Part shown: positions 38,469-48,000 of the stretch, piece by piece
How the letters are laid out: every line of letters starts with the position of its first letter
Numbering within the stretch: the stretch's first letter is position 1
DNA from: a virus
Lineage: Duplodnaviria > Caudoviricetes
Virus record (IMG/VR): IMGVR_UViG_3300012933_000199
Span: 2,616-66,615 of that record
DNA length: 64,000 nucleotides
Direction: 5' to 3' (one strand)
Program-made: the position numbers and the translations under genes
The notes under the pieces: generated by a model
Told to the model about the DNA's origin: nothing
The model's database searches: none
The model's input: the letters and a program-made list of their open reading frames with translations, nothing else

Positions 38469-39704
38469 ATGGCAAAATTTACAACTACTATTGCTAGTTT
38501 TAAAGAGGCTGAAGGAAACAATATAGCTTCTAATAAACCAAGTGTTAATTTAATTATAATACCTGATGATGGATATACCATTAGCAGCGGTAATTTTAGT
38601 GTAATACAACCATTGCCGTCTAGCTTAAGTGGTGTTACGTTTTCACAGTTTGGTAATAATATAATAGCCACGGCTACTTTTAAAAATCCAACAATAATGC
38701 CTAATTACGATATTGATGTGCCAATCTGTATAAAAGGTTTTGCAGAACAAGCGACGTATAGCATTAGCGGTACAATATCAAATCAATTATGTAACACGTC
38801 AAGTCCAGTTATTACATCATTTAGTTCTACAAATAATTTTGGAGCAGTTTCGGTAATATCAGAAATACCTGTCTATGCCTCTAATGGTTACTACTTTCCA
38901 ACTCAACCTACTTTAGTTTTATCAAAAGGTGATGTAAGTAATTATGTGTTTTCATCTTCAAATACTTTAGATGATAAAGGAAATATAATAAGAGTTGATT
39001 TTGTTGTTGTTTATACATTCCCAAACGCAAATGTTTCAGGGGACGTATTATCATTAAACGCATGTGCTCAAGTGATCTATAATCCAGCTGTAAAAATAAC
39101 AGGATATTCAACACCTTTAAATACTGTATTAAGCACTGGCGAAAGTAGAGCTGCTACCATATATGGTGTAGAAGGAGCCGCTTATTCATTAACGTATAAG
39201 AATGCTGCAAATGTAACTATTAATACATTTAGTGGGACAATTGGAGCTAATGGCGCTACAACATTAAACATAGTATATCCTCCAACAATTAATGGAGATA
39301 CATATACATTTACTTTAACCGGTGATTTAGCAAGCACATTTAATACACCATCAGGGCAACCTTCTGTATGGACTGTATCGCAAATGTCTGCAACAACTAC
39401 GACAACCACCACTGTTCCACCAGGGCCTGTAGCCCAAACTATGATTACATTTGGTGTAGATAACAGCAGTACTGCTTGCGGTAATATAATAGCTGGCGTA
39501 GAATTTGCTCTTAGAACAACAAGATACTCAGTTAATTCATTTATAAACCCAGGTGATACTATATATAATGGACCAGGACTTACAAATCCTATGACATTTA
39601 CATCACCTCTTTACTATGGCTACTTTGTTGGAAATTCAGTAATAGCTGCATGGGTGTATGTTGGTACTGACGGTGTTGTAATAAGTTCTGGGTACTGTTC
39701 ATAA
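38469..39704 (+). CDS. Virion-type beta-rich protein with a Thr tract before a C-terminal Cys-bracketed domain
   Basis: Likely start MAKFTTT at 38469 (track starts 38367); SATTTTTTTVPPGP at about 39387-39428. Confidence 0.75.
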   Translation: MAKFTTTIASFKEAEGNNIASNKPSVNLIIIPDDGYTISSGNFSVIQPLPSSLSGVTFSQFGNNIIATATFKNPTIMPNYDIDVPICIKGFAEQATYSISGTISNQLCNTSSPVITSFSSTNNFGAVSVISEIPVYASNGYYFPTQPTLVLSKGDVSNYVFSSSNTLDDKGNIIRVDFVVVYTFPNANVSGDVLSLNACAQVIYNPAVKITGYSTPLNTVLSTGESRAATIYGVEGAAYSLTYKNAANVTINTFSGTIGANGATTLNIVYPPTINGDTYTFTLTGDLASTFNTPSGQPSVWTVSQMSATTTTTTTVPPGPVAQTMITFGVDNSSTACGNIIAGVEFALRTTRYSVNSFINPGDTIYNGPGLTNPMTFTSPLYYGYFVGNSVIAAWVYVGTDGVVISSGYCS

Positions 39705-39722
39705 TAAATAAAAAATTTAAAC

Positions 39723-40049
39723 ATGGCTTCAATAACATTAACATTTCCGAAACCCCTTAATGTATCCGTACAGGTAGGGGACACGGCTTATTATACAAAC
39801 GATATAAACGGAGTTGATATTGTACTAATAGGATTAATAACTTCTATATCAGGAAATTCAATAACAGCTAATATATCTCCAGCTACGCCTAGACCATTTA
39901 CTTCTAGTTTTATATTATTTAGTAAAACAGCATCGGTAAATACTAGTGGTTTAAAAGGATATTATGCTGAAGCTCAATTTAAAAATGACTCGTTATCCAA
40001 CGTAGAATTGTTTAGTGTTGGTAGCGAGGTAGTTGAAAGTAGTAAATAA
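39723..40049 (+). CDS. Small conserved structural protein
   Basis: LNVSVQVGDTAYY and SGLKGYYAEAQFKNDS...ELFSVGSEVVESSK motifs. Confidence 0.7.
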   Translation: MASITLTFPKPLNVSVQVGDTAYYTNDINGVDIVLIGLITSISGNSITANISPATPRPFTSSFILFSKTASVNTSGLKGYYAEAQFKNDSLSNVELFSVGSEVVESSK

Positions 40050-40081
40050 TACGTAATAATAACTTATAAAACAATATAATT

Positions 40082-40714
40082 ATGATGCCATTAATGGGAG
40101 CCGTACAAGGTTTAGCTGGTATAGCCGGTGGAATCATTGGTAGCGGTGCAAGAAAACGTGAACAAGCAGCTGCTCAAGCGGAATTTAATAGAAATAAATC
40201 TCGCATGGAGGGAGCTGATACTTCTAATTTATACAAAAACCAAGAGAACGTTTACGAAGATTTAACCGTAAACACTAGAGAAGCCGATTTTATTGCTGAA
40301 CAGCAAAATCAAGGTATGGCAAACACAATGGATGCTTTACAAGGAGCTGCTGGTGGTTCTGGCATTGCTGCATTAGCTCAATCATTAGCTAGTCAGCAAT
40401 CTCAAAATGCGCAATCAGCTGCTGTTAGTATTGGTTCTCAAGAAGCAAGTAACCAAGCAGCGGAACGTCAAATGGCGAGCCAACTGCAAGAGAATGAAAT
40501 ACAAGGCGAATACCAAGCGAGAGCTGCTGAAAAAGATAAAGTTGATACAATGTTAGGTATGTCTCAGCAACGTTTAGGTGCTGCTAATGCAGCTAGAGAC
40601 GCTGCTACTAAGTCTATAATAGGAGGTGTTGCAGGTTTAGCTACTTCGGTATTGCCTCAAGTGCCAAGTTTAAAAGGAGGCGGTTCTTTCATGGGTAATA
40701 TGTTGGGGAAATAA
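40082..40714 (+). CDS. Internal virion / DNA ejection protein
   Basis: A/Q/G-rich amphipathic helices with GLAGIAGGIIG ends, like P22 gp7/gp20-type pilot proteins. Confidence 0.65.
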   Translation: MMPLMGAVQGLAGIAGGIIGSGARKREQAAAQAEFNRNKSRMEGADTSNLYKNQENVYEDLTVNTREADFIAEQQNQGMANTMDALQGAAGGSGIAALAQSLASQQSQNAQSAAVSIGSQEASNQAAERQMASQLQENEIQGEYQARAAEKDKVDTMLGMSQQRLGAANAARDAATKSIIGGVAGLATSVLPQVPSLKGGGSFMGNMLGK

Positions 40715-40733
40715 AAATACAATGTAATAAATT

Positions 40734-42008
40734 ATGGCAAATAATGCGTTAATACAAGGAGCAGCTTTAACTGCTAAGAAGTTTGTTGATGTAGGCGGTG
40801 CTGCTGGTCAAGGATTAGCTATGGCATCTCAAGCATCAAATACGCCGGAGACAGTAAAAAAGAATGATCATTATCAAAATAGAGTTAATGATTACATGAG
40901 CAAAATGAAAACCGGTATGGATTTCAGTTCGTTTTCTGGCGCTGAGACTGCGGCTATGCGTAATTTTCTTATGGCTGAGCGTTCTAAATATGCTGAGGCT
41001 GCTAAGAATGTAGCTAAGCTTGAAGACAGCACTTCTCCTGAATACATGGAATATGTTGACATAATGAATGGTGTTAATAATAGTTTCACAAATCTGGCTG
41101 AGCAATTAAAAGCATATAAGAAAGGTAAATTAGATTATGCTAAAGATCAAATAGATAATTCGTTATCTAAAGGTATGGATCCAGAGCATAATAAACAATC
41201 CATGATTATGTATGGTTTTTATGATGGGGATGGTGATAAGAAAAGTGATGCAAAATACGATGCTCCATTTAAAATCCTAGAAGGTGGAAATATTGGTTTT
41301 GATATTGATGGTACTACATTGTCATTTAACGAAGCTCCAGCTCCTGTATATAAAGATTATGAACTTGCAAATACTTTACTAAAAAGTAATGAAGCTGTAT
41401 ACAAAGCAGGTGTTCCTTTAAATAAAACAGATATGGATATGTACCGTATGCAATTAGAGCAAGCTTTACAAAATCCTAATTCTTTAAAGTCTATAGTATA
41501 CGATTTCGATAATGAGCTTAACACTAAGGATATTGCTAATATGTGGGATAAGAATAAAAACACAGAAGGAGCAATCGACAATGTTAGAAGTATGGTAGTT
41601 GACCGATTGGTAAAAGCCAGAATGGATGTTGCTAATGAAGGTATTGCTGAAAAGAAAAGAAAAGAACAAGAGTCTATAACTAAGGCAATAAATAGAAAGA
41701 ATGCTTTAAAATCATCCGGAAGCGGAAGAGGCGGAAGTAGAGATGGTAGTGGAGGCACAGGAGATGGTAAAAAATTTACTGAGCCAAAATTAATGGATGA
41801 CGGCAAATACTATGTTTATGCTTTAGATTCAAGAGGTAATCAATATGGAGAACCAATATTTGATCAAGATACAACAGAAAAAATGGCAAAACCAACTCAA
41901 CCCACTGCCGGCGCTACAACAAAGAAAGTTGCAACGCCTACTAAAAAACAGGATAAAGGTGTTATCCAATCAATTAAAGAATGGGCATTTGGTACTGGTG
42001 AAAAATAA
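40734..42008 (+). CDS. Internal virion protein
   Basis: Helical; starts MANNALIQGA; lies between the pilot-like gene and the giant gene. Confidence 0.6.
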   Translation: MANNALIQGAALTAKKFVDVGGAAGQGLAMASQASNTPETVKKNDHYQNRVNDYMSKMKTGMDFSSFSGAETAAMRNFLMAERSKYAEAAKNVAKLEDSTSPEYMEYVDIMNGVNNSFTNLAEQLKAYKKGKLDYAKDQIDNSLSKGMDPEHNKQSMIMYGFYDGDGDKKSDAKYDAPFKILEGGNIGFDIDGTTLSFNEAPAPVYKDYELANTLLKSNEAVYKAGVPLNKTDMDMYRMQLEQALQNPNSLKSIVYDFDNELNTKDIANMWDKNKNTEGAIDNVRSMVVDRLVKARMDVANEGIAEKKRKEQESITKAINRKNALKSSGSGRGGSRDGSGGTGDGKKFTEPKLMDDGKYYVYALDSRGNQYGEPIFDQDTTEKMAKPTQPTAGATTKKVATPTKKQDKGVIQSIKEWAFGTGEK

Positions 42009-42026
42009 TAAAAAATAAAATATAAT

Positions 42027-45000
42027 ATGTCTTTACAAAACGATAAATTAACAGCCAAAGAGTTAGAAGATAAAAAGAAAAAGAAAATAGCTAGCATTAA
42101 TGGCGCTACTACAAAAAAAGTAGCTAATGAAGACGTATGGGGCAAAAGTAAGTATGATGCTTATATGAAACCTATATCTGGGTTTGATACAACACAAGAG
42201 CAACAAAAACCAAAAACCAAGGCGGAGCTTTATAAGTTACCGCCTTCAATGCTTTCTGTAGAAGAAGCTGCTAAGATTGCAAAAGGGCAAAGGTTTGCTC
42301 CTGTTGAAAAAGATGAAACACTAGCTAGTCTTAAAACATTTGCTAATAATTTTATTGATAGTAATGAAATATATAGAACAAAAGATAAATTCTTAGGCAT
42401 TGAATATGGTGATCCAATATCTATTAAGAAAAATTTAGATACAGAGAACGAATTGCTTAATGACGAGGTTGTATTGCAATCAATAAAAGACAATGCTAAA
42501 GAAAGCTACAAGAGCCTATACCCTAATAAAGAGATAGACCAATATGTAGTTGACGGATTAGTAGAAGACGTTATAAAAACACGTATAAAAAAGAATAACG
42601 ACGAAAAAGTTATTGAAAAAAAGAAATATCAAGATCAACAAAAAGCTAATGGCAATTACACAGCAGCTTTAAACATTGGTATTAATCAACATATATCTGA
42701 AATAGCACCAGAGGAGAAAACAATTGCGAACGATATAAAAGCAGCGAGAAGTTTTCAGGACCTATTAAAGTCGCCTAAAGCAACTGATGCGCAGAAAATT
42801 GATGCTCAGAAAAAATTAAATAATCTTGCTCCTAAATTACAAGATCAATTAAAAAAATACAATGAAAACCTAACGTTTCAATTTGACAATGTTACTGGTA
42901 GAAGATTAGGCAAAAAAGAAGTTGAGGCTAGAAAGAAAGCTGGAGACATTGGTTCTATGACAGATTCCTCAATGGAATACAAAAAAATGATTGCTAATCA
43001 AAAAGATCAAGACTTAGAATCTTTAGAGAGAGGATATTTTACTCATGTAAATGAATATAATAATTTACAGTCTAAGCTAAATAGAACTCTTAATATAAAC
43101 CCTCAAGATATAACAACTAGAGGTTTATTAACCGCTAAAGGTTATAAGCCTAATCCTAAAACTAATGCTTTTGAAAATGTAAAAGTTAAAGACTTAGTAG
43201 GATTAAATAATGAATATGCTGCTAAAGATTTGCAGGCTAATTTAGTTAAACCAAAAGACGGTAAGGCTTACATTCAACCGAATGTTAAAGCAATGCTTGA
43301 AGATATTGAGAAAGATAGAAAAAGACTTAACTTAGAGAGAGAGGCTTATAAGACTACTTACTTAATGAACATAGACCCTAAGGGACTTGATCAAACTTGG
43401 CTTGGTAGTGCGGTTGAAAAAGCAGCGGAAGGAACTATAGGCCAAGCTCTTACTGAAAAGATTGGTACTACTAAAAGAAAAGAGTTAGACGAAATACAAA
43501 AGGTTTTTAACGAGTACGGCATTGAACCTACTAAGGAGCAAGCAGAAAACTTTAAAAGATCCACAGGCATGAAGGTGGCTGAGGGAGTAGGTGCTTTTGT
43601 TCCTGAACTAGCTAAATTTGCTGCAATTAATGCAGTTGGTGGTGGTGTATTAGAAGGACTTGGTTACGCTGGAAGATTAGCTGCTCTAGGCAGATCTGAA
43701 AAAGTATTAGATAAAACTTTGCACTTTGGAATTAACGCACTTAAAGAAGAAGGTGTATTTAAAATTGCAACAGGAGGCGAATCTCAAACAGGAGGTGGCG
43801 CTGGATTTTATGCTGGAGGTCAGTTAATCAATAAAGCTATGCCTTTTAGATTTGCTGGAGCAATGGCTAGGTTTAATCCATTATTGGAAAAAGTTGTTTT
43901 AGCTGGACCTGGTATGGTTGTCGGTTCTGAAGGAGCTTCTTTAACCGAGGCTTTAGTTAAAGACCTTAATGGAAACAAAGCGTTTAAAACTTCTATGCAT
44001 GAATTGTATGGCCCTCAATCTGAATGGGGTGATAGAATGATTGTTAATGGATTTGTTGGTTCTGTTATAGGTACTCATAACTTGAAAGGAAATGATTTTA
44101 AATCTATTTCTGAGAAAAGAAAAATGTTTGATAAAACTTATGACGAGTTAGAGGTTTTACAAGCGGAAAACAATCCTGCTAATGAAAAGAAAATAACACA
44201 AAAGCAAAATTTATTAGGGTTATTAGATCACGAATTACAAGTTGCTGATAGAAAATTCAATGAGCAAAATATAGGTGATATAAAATCACAAATGGATGAG
44301 GCGTCTGCTTTGTTACAAAATGATAATTTAACTGAAGGACAAAGAGCTGAAGCTGAAAAAGTAATAGCTAAAGGAGAAGCTAGTATTGTTGCTACAAAAA
44401 GAGCTATTGAAAGAAATTTTAAAGCAGCTACCGCAACAGGAGCATTGGGTAAAGATGTTAAGCTAAATATAATTGAAGGACCTGAAAGCGCTGATGGTGC
44501 TATAAAAATGTCAAATCCTGAAAACAAGGCGGAATTTAATCCAGATACTAATACAATAAATGTAAATATATATAAGTATAAAAAAGGTGTTTTAGCTCAA
44601 GAGATGGGGCATGCGATGATGAAAGTTGCATTTAAAAACAATCCTGAAATTGCTGAAAAATTTAAAGAAGCAATAAAATCAAAAGTAGAATCAGCTTTTG
44701 CTGGTAAAAAATTTAACGGTAAAACTTTTGAAGAAGCTATTAATGAAGCTTATGGCGAAAATAGACCAGCAGAAGAATACGTTATGAACGTTGCTGAGTT
44801 TTTACAGAACCCAAAATATAAAGAAGTATTATTAAGTAATAAATTTTTACCTACTTTAAAAAGAATAGTTGTTGATCAAGCTAATAAAATAGGATTAGAT
44901 TTATCATCTTCTACACCATTAGAGGTTGGAGAAAAGAATCTTAATAGAGCTAGTGATTTGCTAGAGTTCTTATATGACATTGGTAAAACCGCTGAGGGCA

Positions 45001-48000
45001 GTAGTTCATCTGCATTAAAGAAAAAATTTGAAAAGTTTAAAAATATTGTTATTGACGGAGAAAAGTTAATAGATATTGAAACTAATAAAGAGGTTATTAC
45101 GGAAGAAGGGGAATTAAAGAATATTGAAAACTCTGCTTCAAAGAATATAAGTGAAAACGAAAAGAAAGATATATTTTCTAAAGCAACAAGAGCTTACGAA
45201 GAAACAATAAAATCAGGAGGTTCCGCAGAGGTTGCGGGACTTATGGTTGGTATGGAGATGGAACCGCTTGTAAAAAGACAAGTAGAAGGTTATCTAACAT
45301 CAAAAGGTATTAATATGTCTAGGGATGTTATTGAAGACATCGTTAGATCTGTTACAACTGATTCTGGACCTGGAACATTTGGTGTGCCAAACTTAGTAGA
45401 GGCTTGGTCAAAAGGGCAACGTTTAATGGATTACATTAAAACAGGACGCCCTAGTCGTGAAATGATAAATAGTAAAGCTAAAGAATTAGGTATACAAGAT
45501 AGAACAGCAGCGGGAAGCGATGTTGGTACTATAGATAAGTATATTAAAATGGCAGAAGGAGGAACTGAACAAGCACAGTTAACTTCTTATGTATTTGGTA
45601 ACTTACCTAAACGTATATTGCAAACTTTACAAAAATCAGAATTTGCCGATGTGTTTAATACGTTCTCGGTTGAAGACGTTAAGAACATTGACAAATTAGA
45701 AGAGAGCGCTGGTATTAGCGGCGAAAGCAGCAGTAGTTCGGAAGGTTACATTGATACGTCATCTCCAGAACAATATACTAGGGTTTCTCAAAAGAGAGCT
45801 GAAACAATCATTGGCTTAAAACCTGATGTTATTGAAAAAATTAATGTTGATGCAAATAAGTTTCTTAACGCTCAAAAATTAGAAAACTTAGATGCTAAAT
45901 CTATTGGTACTGTTGAATTAAAAGATGGTGGCAAAGCTAAGGTTGCAATGCTAGAAAGCGATAAAGCTAGAATAACATACCCTGACGGAAAAGTTGAAAC
46001 TATCAAAGCTAGATCACCAAAAATAGTTGAGCAATATCTTGGAGCTCCTGACAAATCATTCCAAAAGCAATTTAACTTTAAAGAAGGATTGGCCGAGGAT
46101 TTTAAAAACTCTTTGTATAATGACTTATCTAAACATGCCGGTAATCTAATCAATAACGTAAAAGCAACTCCTCAATATGAGTCTTTTATTGATAACACGT
46201 TTCCTTTGTTTAAGGACTACATAAGTCAGTCAGCCGTGAACAAGCGTTTTGCTGAGTTTAAGGAGCCTTTTATGGATAAAGCAACTGGTAAGCAAGCAAG
46301 AGAAAAAACAGCTGCTGGTAATCCAATTTTTACAAAGAAAAATATCACGTTAGCTGAATGGAGAAAATACTTTTTAGCTGATGGTACTCAACGTATTGAT
46401 GGTAAGAGAAGATCCTTATTGGAAGCATTAGCCGTTGAATTAGGGTTTGATGCTACAATGAACGTGTTAGGTAAAGAAGCTATGCGTAAGCAAATAGAAT
46501 CTAGACAAGCTGATCTTAGTGTTGAGCTTGTTGACAATTACGTTGCTGTTGTTGCTAAGCAAATAGATAGAAACAATCCTACAGCGATGGCTTCAAAAAT
46601 TATTGAAGAGGTATCTAAAAAAGCTAATATTAGTAAAGAAGAGGCTAGATTACGTTTGATTAATGTTGTATACGATAATAAAGGTGAAATACGTAATAAA
46701 GAAGAAATAATTAAAGACGAGGCTGGAGCAATATTTTACGATTATGTAGAATACAATGCTGAACTGGACGTGGCTAAAGATACTCAAAGTAGACTATTGG
46801 CAGCTAAAGAAAATTCTAATTTAAAACAAAAATTAGAAGAAGCTGGAGTAACTTTTAAATATGAAAATGTTAATGATTTATTGCAAATAAATAAAAAATC
46901 AGAAAAAGATTTAAAAGAATACGAGGAAAATTTTGTTAAGCCATTTGTTGCTTCTTTGCCAGCAGAAGTATCAAAGTTTACCACTGCTGCTAATTCATCT
47001 TTAGAGAATTCTGTATTAGCTCCGTTGCTAGGTTATACCAGTAGAAAAAATGTTGCCGGAGAAACTTTTAGCCGTAATCGATTTGAAGATATAATTAAAG
47101 AAGCAAAAACGGATATTAAATTATCTGATGGATTAACGAAAGAATGGAATGATCTTATAAAACAATCTAAAGCAAACAATAAAGAGGGAGCAGGTATAAC
47201 CATAAATGCAAAAGCTAAAGAACATTTTAAAAGTATAGGTGATATATCAAGATCTGATTTAAGTCCTAATGAAAAAAGAAAAGAGATAGATAATCTTACT
47301 ACAAGAGACGAGGCTATTGCTGATTTGAATAATAAAGAAAAAATTCTTGAGTTAACATTAAAAACTATTAAAGAAAAAGCTCAAGCTATAGATCCTACTG
47401 AAGCAGGAGATGCAGAAAGAGAAAGGTTAGCAAAGAATGTTGCAACAATGCTATTGAATAATGACGGCTTAGGGACACGTAAATATTCTTATGAGACTTA
47501 TCATGACCTTAGCATGCCTGCTAAAGCCGAAATAAAAAACGAGCATTTAAAGAACAAAGCAAAATTCGGTGCTGATCTTATAGAGTTAATAGTTAAAAAT
47601 GAGTTAAGCGACGAAGCTATAACTAAATTAGTTAAATCTTTTCAAAGTGCATTAGGTAACAAAGCCGGACAGTTATTTGCTGACGTTGTTTTAGGTAAAA
47701 CAGCGGATAATGCAAAAGTATATAAATTGGCATTGTCACAATTTGAAAACCTTGGAATAAAAGCTACATATAAAGAAGCTCTTGAAAATGTATATAATTG
47801 GACAACAAAAAAGACTGCTTGGGAAGAACTTGTAGAAAGCAATATAGGTAAAGAATTAGAACTTGATAAAGAAAATTCTAGCGTTATGGCCTCAAAAAAT
47901 CTTGGTGAAGAAATAAGCAAGATGATAGAGCGTAAGTCTGGTATATCTTCTACAAAAGAATTATCCGATGCAAAAGCCCAGATTTTAGGTAGAAAAAAAG

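Noticed and set aside
41215-41315. DGDGD and FDIDG strings in 40734-42008 as RNAP, EF-hand or HAD active sites
   Set aside because: The flanking residues required for each family are missing and the protein is otherwise helical and low-complexity; likely chance.
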